Source: the human T2T-CHM13v2.0 reference genome, Homo sapiens
Direction: 5' to 3' (one strand)
DNA: 64,000 nt
Assembly: GCF_009914755.1 (NCBI RefSeq)
Contig: NC_060940.1
How positions within the stretch are numbered: the first letter of the stretch is position 1; every line of letters begins with the position of its first letter. This document shows, piece by piece, positions 1 through 15,200 of this stretch. A model generated the notes under the pieces. The model searched no databases and was not told the origin of the DNA. It saw only the letters and a list, made by a program, of their open reading frames with translations. The translations under genes were made by a program, and so were the position numbers.

Positions 1-3000
1 CCTTTCAATTCCATTCTATGATGATTCCATTCGAGTCCATTCGATGATTCCATTCGATTGCATTCGATGATTCCATTATATTCCATTCAACGGTGATTCC
101 ATTCGAGTCCATTCCATGATTCCATTAGAGTACATTTAATGATTGCTTTGTTTTCAATTCGAAGATGATTACAATGGATTCCATTCTATGATACCATTCG
201 ATTCCATTCAATGATGATTCCACTCAAATCCATTGGATGATTCCATTCGTGTCCATTCGGTGATTTCATTAGATTCCATTCGAGGATGATTCCATTCGAT
301 TCCATTCGATGATTCCATTCAATTCCATTCGATGATGATTCCATTCCAGTCCATATGATCATTCCATTTGATTTCATTCGATGATGATTCCATTCGATTC
401 GATTCGACGATTCCATTCTATTCCATTAGATGATGATTCCATTCGAGTCCATTCGATCATTCCATTCGAGTCCATTTAATGATTCCATTGGGTTCAATTC
501 AATGATGATTACATTGGATTCCGTTCTATGATTCCATTCAATTCCGTTCATTGACAATTTGATTCCATTCGATGATGATTCCATTTGAGTTCATTCGATG
601 ATTCTATTCGATTCTCTTCGATGGTGATTCAATTCTATTATATTGGATGATTCCATTCGATTCCATTTGATGTTGATTCAATTCGATTCTATTCGATGAT
701 GATTCCATTGGATTTCACTTGATGATTCTATTCGATTCCATTCAATGATGATTCACTTCTCGTCCATTGGATGATTCCATTTCATTCCATTCGATGATGA
801 TTCCATTCGATTCCATTCGATGATTCCATTTGATTCCATGCGATGGTGAGCAATTCGATTCAATTCCATGATGATTCTATTTGATTCAATTAGATGATGT
901 TTCCATTCGAATCCATTCCATGATTATTCCATTGGAATCCATTCGGCGATGATTCCATATGAGTCAATTCAATGATGATTCCATATGGGTCCGTTCGATG
1001 ATAATTCCATTTGATTTCATTCGATGCTTCTATTCTATTCCAGTCGATGATGATTCCGTTGGAGTCCATACGATGATTCCATTTGATTTCATTTGATGAT
1101 GATTCCATTCGATGATGATTACATTGGATTCCATTCTATGATTCCATTCAATTCCATTCGTTGATGATTCGATTCCATTCAATGATGATTCCATTTGAGT
1201 TCATTCGATGATTCTATTCGATTCCGTTCGATGGTGATTCAATTCTATTATATTGGATGATTCCACTCGATTCCATTTGATGATTATTCCATTGGAGTCC
1301 ACTTAGTGAATCCTTTAGATTCTACTCGACGATGATTCCATTCGAGTCCATTCGATGATACCATTCAATTCCATTCGTTGATGCTTCCATTCAAGTGCAT
1401 TCGATGATATCATTCGATTCCATTTGATGATAATTCCATTTGATTCCATGCGATGATTCTATTCGATTCCATTCAATGATAATTCCATTCAATTCAGTGA
1501 TTCCTCTGGACTCCATTTGATGATGATTCCATTCAATGATTCCATTCGATTCTATTCGAAAATGATTCCATTTGAATCCATTTGATGATGATTCCATTAG
1601 ATTCCATTTGATGATTCCATTCGATTCCATTCGGCGATGATTCCATTCGATTCCGTTTGATGATTCCATTCTATTCTATTCGATGATGATTCCATTCGAT
1701 TCCATTCGATGATGATTGGATTCGATTCCATTTGATGATTTCATTTGATTCCATTCGTTAATGATTTCGATCAATTCCATTCGATGATTCCATTCGATTC
1801 CATTCGATAATGATTACATCCGAGTCCATTCGATGATTCCATTGGAGCCTGTTCGATAATTCCATTTGAGTCCAACCAATGATTCCATTCATTTCCATTC
1901 AATGATTCCATTCGAGTCCATTTGATCATTCCGGTAGGGTCCATTCGATGTTGATTCCATTGGAGTGCATTCGATGATTCCATTCGAGTCCATTTTAGGA
2001 TTTGATTCGAGTCCTTTCGATGATTCCATTCGATTCCACTCGATGATGATTTCATTCGAGTCCATTCGACACTTCCAATCGATTCCATTTGATGATTCCA
2101 TTCGAGTCCAATTGATGATTCCATTCAATTCCATTCGATGATGATTCCGTACGATTCCATTCTGTGATGATTCCATGTGATTGCATTCAATGATGATTCC
2201 TTTCGATTGCATTCGATTATGATTCATTTCGTGTTCATTCTATGGTTCCACAGGTTTCCATTCGTGTCCATTCCATTATTCCATTCTATTCCATTTGATG
2301 ATGATTCCATTCGATTCCATTCATTGGTGATTCCACTCAATTCCATTCAATGATTCCATTCCATTTCTTTCAACAATGATTCCATTAGTTTCTAATCGAT
2401 GATCCACTTGATTCCATTTGACGACGATTCCATTCTTGTCCATTCGATGATTCCATTTGATTCCATATGATGATGATTCCATTCGATTCCATACCATGAT
2501 GATTCCATTCGAGTCCATTCAATGGTGATTCCATTCAATTCCATTCGATGATTCCTTTTGATTCCATTCGATGATGATGGCATTCGATTCCTTTCGATCA
2601 TTCCCTTTGATTCCATTCAAAGGTGATTTCATTCAAGTCCATTCGATAATTGCATTCGATTCCATTCTATGATGATTCCATTCGAGTCCATTTGATGATT
2701 CCATTCAATTCAAGTCAATGATGATTCCATTCGATTCCATTCGATGATTCCATTGGATTCCATTCGATGATGATTCCATTCAAATCCATTCGATAATTCA
2801 ATTCAAGTCCATTCGATGATGATTCCAATCGAATCCATTCAAAGATTCCATTCAGTTCCATTCGATGATTCCCTTAGATTCCATTCGATGATTCCACTTG
2901 ATTGCATTTACGATGATTCCATTCGATTCCATGTGATGATTCCATTCAATTCTATTCAATGATGTCTCCATTTGATTCCATTCGACCATGATTGCCTTTG

Positions 3001-6000
3001 ATTCCATTCAATGATTCCATTCGGTTCCGTTTGATGATGATTCCGTTCGATTCCATTTGATGATTCCATTTGATTCCATTGGATGAGTCCATTCGATTAC
3101 ATTCGATGATTATTCCATTCGAGTGCATTAGATGATTCCATTCGAGTCCATTCGATGATTCCATTCGATTCCATTCGATGTTGATTCTGTTCAAATCCAT
3201 TCGATGATTCCACTCGATTCCATTCGTTGACTCCATTTGATCCCATTCGATGATTTCCTTTGATTCCCTTTGATGATCATTCCATTTGATTCAATTCGGT
3301 GATTTCATTTGATTCCATTCAGTGATGTTTCCATTCGACTCCATTCGATGATGATTCCATTCGACTCCATTCGATTATGATTTCATTCAATTCCATTCGA
3401 TAATGATTCCCTTCGAGTCCATTCGATGATTCCATTCGATTCCATTCAACGATGATTTGATTCGTGTCCACTCGATGATTCCATTTGATTCCACTTGATG
3501 ATGATTCCATTCGAGTCCATTTGATGATTCCATTCAATTCCATACTCCGATGATTTCTTTTGAGCCCACTCAATGCTTCCACTCGATTCCATATGATGAT
3601 GACTCCATTCGATGAAATTCGATGATGATTCCATTCGCTTGCTTTCGATGATGATTCCACTTGAGTCCGTTAGAAGATTCTATTCAATTACATTCCATGA
3701 CGATTCCGTTCGAGTCCATTTGATGATTCCATTAGACTCCATTCGACGATGATTCCATTCGATGTTATTCGATGATTCCATTCGATCTCATTCGATGATG
3801 ATTCCATTCAACTCCATTCGATGTTTCCATTCGAGTTCATTCTATTATTCCATTAGATTCCATTCGATGATGATTCCATTCGATTCCATTTGATGATTGC
3901 ATTCTATTTCATTTGATGATGATTCCATTCGAGTCCACTCGATGATTCCATTCGAGTCCATTTAATGAATCCATTGGGTTCAATTCTATGATGATTACAT
4001 TGGATTCCATTCGTTGATGATTTCATTCGGTTCCATTCAATGATGATTCCATTCAATTCCTTTCAATGTTTCCATTCAATTCCATACGATGATGATTCCA
4101 TTTGATTTGATTCGACAGTGAGCCATTCGATTCAATTCCATGATGATTCTATTTGATTCAATTGGTGGACATTTCCATTCGATTCCATTCGATGATGATT
4201 CCCTTTGATTCCGTTCAAAGATGATTCCATTCTAGCCCATTCAATCATTCCATTCGATTCTATTCAATGATGATTCCATTCATGTCGATTTGGTGATTCC
4301 ATTTGACTTCATTTGATGATGATTCCTTTCAAGTTCATTAGATGATTCCATTCGATTCCATTTGATGATGATCCCATTCGAGTCCATTCAGTGATTCCAT
4401 TCGTTTCCATTCCATGATGATTCCATTCCTTTCCATTCAATGATTCCATTCGATTCCGTTTGATGATGATTTCATTCGAGTCCATTTGATGATTCCATTT
4501 GATTCCATTCGATGATGATTCCATTCGAGTCCATTCGATGATTCTATTCGAATCCATTTGATGATTTCTTTTGATTATATTTGGTGATGATTCCATTGGA
4601 GTCCATTCAATGATTCCATTCGATTCCAATCGATGATGATTCCATTAGAGTCCATTTAATGATTCCATTTGATTCCAGTCTCTGATGATTACATTCGAGT
4701 CCATACGATGATTCCACTCAATTCCATATGATGATGATTCCATTTGATTCCATTCGGTGATTCCATTCTATTCTATTCAATGGTGATTCCATTCGAGTAC
4801 ATTAGATGATTCCATTCGATTCCATTCGATGATGATTCTATTTGTGTCCCTTAGATGATTCCACATGATTCCATTAGATGATGATACTATTTGAGCCCAT
4901 CCAATGATTCCCTTCGATTCCATTCGATGAGGATTCCATTCGATTCAATTCATTGGTGATTCTATTCAATTCAATTCTTTGATTCCATTCCATTCCATTC
5001 GACAATGATTCCATTCGATTTCTTTCGATGATTCCACTCGATTCCACTTGACATTGATTCCATTCGATTCCATTCAATGATTCCATTTGATTCCAGTGGA
5101 TGATGATTGCCATCGATTCCATTCGATCACTCCATTCTATTCCATTTGATGATGATTACATTCGATTCCATTTGATGATTCCATCTGATTCTATTCGAGG
5201 ATTCCATTTGATTCCATTCGATGATGATTCCATTCGAGTCCATTCGATGATTTCATTCGAGTACATCCAATGATTCCATTCGAGTCCATTAGATGATTCC
5301 ATTTGATTCCATTTGAAAATGATTCTACTAGAGTCCATTCAATGACTCCATTCGAGTCCATTCAACAATTCCATTCGACTCCATTCGATGATTCCATTCG
5401 ATTCCATTTGATGGTTCCATTCGAGTCCATTTAATCATTACAGTCGAGTCCATTTGGTGATTCCACTGGATTTCTTTTGATAATGATACCATTCAATTAC
5501 ATTTGATGATGATCCCATTCAATTTCATTTGATGATGATTCCATTAGAGTCCATTCGATGATTTCATTCGAGTCCCTTCATTGATTCCATCCGATTTCAT
5601 TGGATGATGACTCCATTCGAGTCCATTCGATGATTCCACTCGATTCCATTAGATGACTCCATTGGAGTCCATTTGATTGTTCCATTCGATTCCATTCGAT
5701 TCCTTTCGAAGATTATTCCATTTGAGTCCATTCGATGATGATTCCATTCCATTCCATTCGATGATTCCGTTTGATTCCATTCGATGATTCCCTTCGATTC
5801 CTTTCTTTGATGATTCCATTCCATTCCATTCAATGATTCCATTCGAATCTATTCCATGATGATTCCTTTCGATTCCATTCGCTGATGTTTCCGTTCAATT
5901 CCATTCGATGATGATTCCATTCGATTCCATTCATTGAGGATTCCATTTGATTCCATTCAATGATGATTCCATTCTATTCCATTCAATGATTGCATTCAAT

Positions 6001-6112
6001 TCCATTCAATGATTATCCCCTTAGAGTAAACTCAACGATTCCATTCAATACCATTCGATGATGATTCCTTTTGAGTCCATTCAATGATTTCATTCAAGTC
6101 CATTTGATGATT
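1..6112 (+). repeat. 6,112-bp nested repeat unit 1 (arbitrary phase, used as reference)
   Basis: The motif cctttcaattccattctatg at position 1 recurs at 6113, and all ORFs recur at +6112 (186->6298, 890->7002, 5597->11709). Confidence 0.97.
68..78 (-). promoter_or_regulatory. DUX4-type binding motif TAATGGAATCA (representative copy; about 8 per unit)
   Basis: The + strand TGATTCCATTA is the reverse complement of TAATGGAATCA, which fits the DUX4 consensus TAAYBBAATCA. Other copies in unit 1 start at 117, 1589, 2377, 3724, 4637, 4866 and 5536. Occupancy cannot be shown from sequence. Confidence 0.55.
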
Positions 6113-9100
6113 CCTTTCAATTCCATTCTATGATGATTCCATTCGAGTCCATTCGATGATTCCATTCGATTGCATTCGATGATTCCATTATATTCCATTC
6201 AACGGTGATTCCATTCGAGTCCATTCCATGATTCCATTAGAGTACATTTAATGATTGCTTTGTTTTCAATTCGAAGATGATTACATTGGATTCCATTCTA
6301 TGATACCATTCGATTCCATTCAATGATGATTCCACTCAAATCCATTGGATGATTCCATTCGAGTCCATTCGGTGATTTCATTAGATTCCATTCGAGGATG
6401 ATTCCATTCGATTCCATTCGATGATTCCATTCAATTCCATTCGATGATGATTCCATTCCAGTCCATATGATCATTCCATTTGATTTCATTCGATGATGAT
6501 TCCATTCGATTCGATTCGACGATTCCATTCTATTCCATTAGATGATGATTCCATTCGAGTACATTCGATCATTCCATTCGAGTCCATTTAATGATTCCAT
6601 TGGGTTCAATTCAATGATGATTACATTGGATTCCGTTCTATGATTCCATTCAATTCCGTTCATTGACAATTTGATTCCATTCGATGATGATTCCATTTGA
6701 GTTCATTCGATGATTCTATTCGATTCTCTTCGATGGTGATTCAATTCTATTATATTGGATGATTCCATTCGATTCCATTTGATGTTGATTCAATTCGATT
6801 CTATTCGATGATGATTCCATTGGATTTCACTTGATGATTCTATTCGATTCCATTCAATGATGATTCACTTCTCGTCCATTGGATGATTCCATTTCATTCC
6901 ATTCGATGATGATTCCATTCGATTCCATTCGATGATTCCATTTGATTCCATGCGACGGTGAGCAATTCGATTCAATTCCATGATGATTCTATTTGATTCA
7001 ATTAGATGATGTTTCCATTCGAATCCATTCCATGATTATTCCATTGGAATCCATTCGGCGATGATTCCATATGAGTCAATTCAATGATGATTCCATATGG
7101 GTCCGTTCGATGATAATTCCATTTGATTTCATTCGATGCTTCTATTCTATTCCAGTCGATGATGATTCCGTTGGAGTCCATACGATGATTCCATTTGATT
7201 TCATTTGATGATGATTCCATTCGATGATGATTACATTGGATTCCATTCTATGATTCCATTCAATTCCATTCGTTGATGATTCGATTCCATTCAATGATGA
7301 TTCCATTTGAGTTCATTCGATGATTCTATTCGATTCCGTTCGATGGTGATTCAATTCTATTATATTGGATGATTCCACTCGATTCCATTTGATGATTATT
7401 CCATTGGAGTCCACTTAGTGAATCCTTTAGATTCTACTCGACGATGATTCCATTCGAGTCCATTCGATGATACCATTCAATTCCATTCGTTGATGCTTCC
7501 ATTCAAGTGCATTCGATGATATCATTCGATTCCATTTGATGATAATTCCATTTGATTCCATGCGATGATTCTATTCGATTCCATTCAATGATAATTCCAT
7601 TCAATTCAGTGATTCCTCTGGACTCCATTTGATGATGATTCCATTCAATGATTCCATTCGATTCTATTCGAAAATGATTCCATTTGAATCCATTTGATGA
7701 TGATTCCATTAGATTCCATTTGATGATTCCATTCGATTCCATTCGACGATGATTCCATTCGATTCCGTTTGATGATTCCATTCTATTCTATTCGATGATG
7801 ATTCCATTCGATTCCATTCGATGATGATTGGATTCGATTCCATTTGATGATTTCATTTGATTCCATTCGTTAATGATTTCGATCAATTCCATTCGATGAT
7901 TCCATTCGATTCCATTCGATAATGATTACATCCGAGTCCATTCGATGATTCCATTGGAGCCTGTTCGATAATTCCATTTGAGTCCAACCAATGATTCCAT
8001 TCATTTCCATTCAATGATTCCATTCGAGTCCATTTGATCATTCCGGTAGGGTCCATTCGATGTTGATTCCATTGGAGTGCATTCGATGATTCCATTCGAG
8101 TCCATTTTAGGATTTGATTCGAGTCCTTTCGATGATTCCATTCGATTCCACTCGATGATGATTTCATTCGAGTCCATTCGACACTTCCAATCGATTCCAT
8201 TTGATGATTCCATTCGAGTCCAATTGATGATTCCATTCAATTCCATTCGATGATGATTCCGTACGATTCCATTCTGTGATGATTCCATGTGATTGCATTC
8301 AATGATGATTCCTTTCGATTGCATTCGATTATGATTCATTTCGTGTTCATTCTATGGTTCCACAGGTTTCCATTCGTGTCCATTCCATTATTCCATTCTA
8401 TTCCATTTGATGATGATTCCATTCGATTCCATTCATTGGTGATTCCACTCAATTCCATTCAATGATTCCATTCCATTTCTTTCAACAATGATTCCATTAG
8501 TTTCTAATCGATGATCCACTTGATTCCATTTGACGACGATTCCATTCTTGTCCATTCGATGATTCCATTTGATTCCATATGATGATGATTCCATTCGATT
8601 CCATACCATGATGATTCCATTCGAGTCCATTCAATGGTGATTCCATTCAATTCCATTCGATGATTCCTTTTGATTCCATTCGATGATGATGGCATTCGAT
8701 TCCTTTCAATCATTCCCTTTGATTCCATTCAAAGGTGATTTCATTCAAGTCCATTCGATAATTGCATTCGATTCCATTCTATGATGATTCCATTCGAGTC
8801 CATTTGATGATTCCATTCAATTCAAGTCAATGATGATTCCATTCGATTCCATTCGATGATTCCATTGGATTCCATTCGATGATGATTCCATTCAAATCCA
8901 TTCGATAATTCAATTCAAGTCCATTCGATGATGATTCCAATCGAATCCATTCAAAGATTCCATTCAGTTCCATTCGATGATTCCCTTAGATTCCATTCGA
9001 TGATTCCACTTGATTGCATTTACGATGATTCCATTCGATTCCATGTGATGATTCCATTCAATTCTATTCAATGATGTCTCCATTTGATTCCATTCGACCA

Positions 9101-12100
9101 TGATTGCCTTTGATTCCATTCAATGATTCCATTCGGTTCCGTTTGATGATGATTCCGTTCGATTCCATTTGATGATTCCATTTGATTCCATTGGATGAGT
9201 CCATTCGATTACATTCGATGATTATTCCATTCGAGTGCATTAGATGATTCCATTCGAGTCCATTCGATGATTCCATTCGATTCCATTCGATGTTGATTCT
9301 GTTCAAATCCATTCGATGATTCCACTCGATTCCATTCGTTGACTCCATTTGATCCCATTCGATGATTTCCTTTGATTCCCTTTGATGATCATTCCATTTG
9401 ATTCAATTCGGTGATTTCATTTGATTCCATTCAGTGATGTTTCCATTCGACTCCATTCGATGATGATTCCATTCGACTCCATTCGATTATGATTTCATTC
9501 AATTCCATTCGATAATGATTCCCTTCGAGTCCATTCGATGATTCCATTCGATTCCATTCAACGATGATTTGATTCGTGTCCACTCGATGATTCCATTTGA
9601 TTCCACTTGATGATGATTCCATTCGAGTCCATTTGATGATTCCATTCAATTCCATACTCCGATGATTTCTTTTGAGCCCACTCAATGCTTCCACTCGATT
9701 CCATATGATGATGACTCCATTCGATGAAATTCGATGATGATTCCATTCGCTTGCTTTCGATGATGATTCCACTTGAGTCCGTTAGAAGATTCTATTCAAT
9801 TACATTCCATGACGATTCCGTTCGAGTCCATTTGATGATTCCATTAGACTCCATTCGACGATGATTCCATTCGATGTTATTCGATGATTCCATTCGATCT
9901 CATTCGATGATGATTCCATTCAACTCCATTCGATGTTTCCATTCGAGTTCATTCTATTATTCCATTAGATTCCATTCGATGATGATTCCATTCGATTCCA
10001 TTTGATGATTGCATTCTATTTCATTTGATGATGATTCCATTCGAGTCCACTCGATGATTCCATTCGAGTCCATTTAATGAATCCATTGGTTTCAATTCTA
10101 TGATGATTACATTGGATTCCATTCGTTGATGATTTCATTCGGTTCCATTCAATGATGATTCCATTCAATTCCTTTCAATATTTCCATTCAATTCCATACG
10201 ATGATGATTCCATTTGATTTGATTCGACAGTGAGCCATTCGATTCAATTCCATGATGATTCTATTTGATTCAATTGGTTGACATTTCCATTCGATTCCAT
10301 TCGATGATGATTCCCTTTGATTCCGTTCAAAGATGATTCCATTCTAGCCCATTCAATCATTCCATTCGATTCTATTCAATGATGATTCCATTCATGTCGA
10401 TTTGGTGATTCCATTTGACTTCATTTGATGATGATTCCTTTCAAGTTCATTAGATGATTCCATTCGATTCCATTTGATGATGATCCCATTCGAGTCCATT
10501 CAGTGATTCCATTCGTTTCCATTCCATGATGATTCCATTCCTTTCCATTCAATGATTCCATTCGATTCCGTTTGATGATGATTTCATTCGAGTCCATTTG
10601 ATGATTCCATTTGATTCCATTCGATGATGATTCCATTCGAGACCATTCGATGATTCTATTCGAATCCATTTGATGATTTCTTTTGATTATATTTGGTGAT
10701 GATTCCATTGGAGTCCATTCAATGATTCCATTCTATTCCAATCGATGATGATTCCATTAGAGTCCATTTAATGATTCCATTTGATTCCAGTCTCTGATGA
10801 TTACATTCGAGTCCATACGATGATTCCACTCAATTCCATATGATGATGATTCCATTTGATTCCATTCGGTGATTCCATTCTATTCTATTCAATGGTGATT
10901 CCATTCGAGTACATTAGATGATTCCATTCGATTCCATTCAATGATGATTCTATTTGTGTCCCTTAGATGATTCCACATGATTCCATTAGATGATGATACT
11001 ATTTGAGCCAATCCAATGATTCCCTTCGATTCCATTCGATGAGGATTCCATTCGATTCAATTCATTGGTGATTCTATTCAATTCAATTCTTTGATTCCAT
11101 TCCATTCCATTCGACAATGATTCCATTCGATTTCTTTCGATGATTCCACTCGATTCCACTTGACATTGATTCCATTCGATTCCATTCAATGATTCCATTT
11201 GATTCCAGTGGATGATGATTGCCATCGATTCCATTCGATCACTCCATTCTATTCCATTTGATGATGATTACATTCGATTCCATTTGATGATTCCATCTGA
11301 TTCTATTCGAGGATTCCATTTGATTCCATTCGATGATGATTCCATTCGAGTCCATTCGATGATTTCATTCGAGTACATCCAATGATTCCATTCGAGTCCA
11401 TTAGATGATTCCATTTGATTCCATTTGAAAATGATTCTACTAGAGTCCATTCAATGACTCCATTCGAGTCCATTCAACAATTCCATTCGACTCCATTCGA
11501 TGATTCCATTCGATTCCATTTGATGGTTCCATTCGAGTCCATTTAATCATTACAGTCGAGTCCATTTGGTGATTCCACTGGATTTCTTTTGATAATGATA
11601 CCATTCAATTACATTTGATGATGATCCCATTCAATTTCATTTGATGATGATTCCATTAGAGTCCATTCGATGATTTCATTCGAGTCCCTTCATTGATTCC
11701 ATCCGATTTCATTGGATGATGACTCCATTCGAGTCCATTCGATGATTCCACTCGATTCCATTAGATGACTCCATTGGAGTCCATTTGATTGTTCCATTCG
11801 ATTCCATTCGATTCCTTTCGAAGATTATTCCATTTGAGTCCATTCGATGATGATTCCATTCCATTCCATTCGATGATTCCGTTTGATTCCATTCGATGAT
11901 TCCCTTCGATTCCTTTCTTTGATGATTCCATTCCATTCCATTCAATGATTCCATTCGAATCTATTCCATGATGATTCCTTTCGATTCCATTCGCTGATGT
12001 TTCCGTTCAATTCCATTCGATGATGATTCCATTCGATTCCATTCATTGAGGATTCCATTTGATTCCATTCAATGATGATTCCATTCTATTCCATTCAATG

Positions 12101-12224
12101 ATTGCATTCAATTCCATTCAATGATTATCCCCTTAGAGTAAACTCAACGATTCCATTCAATACCATTCGATGATGATTCCTTTTGAGTCCATTCAATGAT
12201 TTCATTCAAGTCCATTTGATGATT
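6113..12224 (+). repeat. 6,112-bp unit 2 (full length)
   Basis: ORF offsets are exactly +6112 with only scattered substitutions. Confidence 0.97.
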
Positions 12225-15200
12225 CCTTTCAATTCCATTCTATGATGATTCCATTCGAGTCCATTCGATGATTCCATTCGATTGCATTCGATGATTCCAT
12301 TATATTCCATTCAACGGTGATTCCATTCGAGTCCATTCCATGATTCCATTAGAGTACATTTAATGATTGCTTTGTTTTCAATTCGAAGATGATTACATTG
12401 GATTCCATTCTATGATACCATTCGATTCCATTCAATGATGATTCCACTCAAATCCATTGGATGATTCCATTCGAGTCCATTCGGTGATTTCATTAGATTC
12501 CATTCGAGGATGATTCCATTCGATTCCATTCGATGATTCCATTCAATTCCATTCGATGATGATTCCATTCCAGTCCATATGATCATTCCATTTGATTTCA
12601 TTCGATGATGATTCCATTCGATTCGATTCGACGATTCCATTCTATTCCATTAGATGATGATTCCATTCGAGTACATTCGATCATTCCATTCGAGTCCATT
12701 TAATGATTCCATTGGGTTCAATTCAATGATGATTACATTGGATTCCGTTCTATGATTCCATTCAATTCCGTTCATTGACAATTTGATTCCATTCGATGAT
12801 GATTCCATTTGAGTTCATTCGATGATTCTATTCGATTCTCTTCGATGGTGATTCAATTCTATTATATTGGATGATTCCATTCGATTCCATTTGATGTTGA
12901 TTCAATTCGATTCTATTCGATGATGATTCCATTGGATTTCACTTGATGATTCTATTCGATTCCATTCAATGATGATTCACTTCTCGTCCATTGGATGATT
13001 CCATTTCATTCCATTCGATGATGATTCCATTCGATTCCATTCGATGATTCCATTTGATTCCATGCGACGGTGAGCAATTCGATTCAATTCCATGATGATT
13101 CTATTTGATTCAATTAGATGATGTTTCCATTCGAATCCATTCCATGATTATTCCATTGGAATCCATTCGGCGATGATTCCATATGAGTCAATTCAATGAT
13201 GATTCCATATGGGTCCGTTCGATGATAATTCCATTTGATTTCATTCGATGCTTCTATTCTATTCCAGTCGATGATGATTCCGTTGGAGTCCATACGATGA
13301 TTCCATTTGATTTCATTTGATGATGATTCCATTCGATGATGATTACATTGGATTCCATTCTATGATTCCATTCAATTCCATTCGTTGATGATTCGATTCC
13401 ATTCAATGATGATTCCATTTGAGTTCATTCGATGATTCTATTCGATTCCGTTCGATGGTGATTCAATTCTATTATATTGGATGATTCCACTCGATTCCAT
13501 TTGATGATTATTCCATTGGAGTCCACTTAGTGAATCCTTTAGATTCTACTCGACGATGATTCCATTCGAGTCCATTCGATGATACCATTCAATTCCATTC
13601 GTTGATGCTTCCATTCAAGTGCATTCGATGATATCATTCGATTCCATTTGATGATAATTCCATTTGATTCCATGCGATGATTCTATTCGATTCCATTCAA
13701 TGATAATTCCATTCAATTCAGTGATTCCTCTGGACTCCATTTGATGATGATTCCATTCAATGATTCCATTCGATTCTATTCGAAAATGATTCCATTTGAA
13801 TCCATTTGATGATGATTCCATTAGATTCCATTTGATGATTCCATTCGATTCCATTCGACGATGATTCCATTCGATTCCGTTTGATGATTCCATTCTATTC
13901 TATTCGATGATGATTCCATTCGATTCCATTCGATGATGATTGGATTCGATTCCATTTGATGATTTCATTTGATTCCATTCGTTAATGATTTCGATCAATT
14001 CCATTCGATGATTCCATTCGATTCCATTCGATAATGATTACATCCGAGTCCATTCGATGATTCCATTGGAGCCTGTTCGATAATTCCATTTGAGTCCAAC
14101 CAATGATTCCATTCATTTCCATTCAATGATTCCATTCGAGTCCATTTGATCATTCCGGTAGGGTCCATTCGATGTTGATTCCATTGGAGTGCATTCGATG
14201 ATTCCATTCGAGTCCATTTTAGGATTTGATTCGAGTCCTTTCGATGATTCCATTCGATTCCACTCGATGATGATTTCATTCGAGTCCATTCGACACTTCC
14301 AATCGATTCCATTTGATGATTCCATTCGAGTCCAATTGATGATTCCATTCAATTCCATTCGATGATGATTCCGTACGATTCCATTCTGTGATGATTCCAT
14401 GTGATTGCATTCAATGATGATTCCTTTCGATTGCATTCGATTATGATTCATTTCGTGTTCATTCTATGGTTCCACAGGTTTCCATTCGTGTCCATTCCAT
14501 TATTCCATTCTATTCCATTTGATGATGATTCCATTCGATTCCATTCATTGGTGATTCCACTCAATTCCATTCAATGATTCCATTCCATTTCTTTCAACAA
14601 TGATTCCATTAGTTTCTAATCGATGATCCACTTGATTCCATTTGACGACGATTCCATTCTTGTCCATTCGATGATTCCATTTGATTCCATATGATGATGA
14701 TTCCATTCGATTCCATACCATGATGATTCCATTCGAGTCCATTCAATGGTGATTCCATTCAATTCCATTCGATGATTCCTTTTGATTCCATTCGATGATG
14801 ATGGCATTCGATTCCTTTCAATCATTCCCTTTGATTCCATTCAAAGGTGATTTCATTCAAGTCCATTCGATAATTGCATTCGATTCCATTCTATGATGAT
14901 TCCATTCGAGTCCATTTGATGATTCCATTCAATTCAAGTCAATGATGATTCCATTCGATTCCATTCGATGATTCCATTGGATTCCATTCGATGATGATTC
15001 CATTCAAATCCATTCGATAATTCAATTCAAGTCCATTCGATGATGATTCCAATCGAATCCATTCAAAGATTCCATTCAGTTCCATTCGATGATTCCCTTA
15101 GATTCCATTCGATGATTCCACTTGATTGCATTTACGATGATTCCATTCGATTCCATGTGATGATTCCATTCAATTCTATTCAATGATGTCTCCATTTGAT

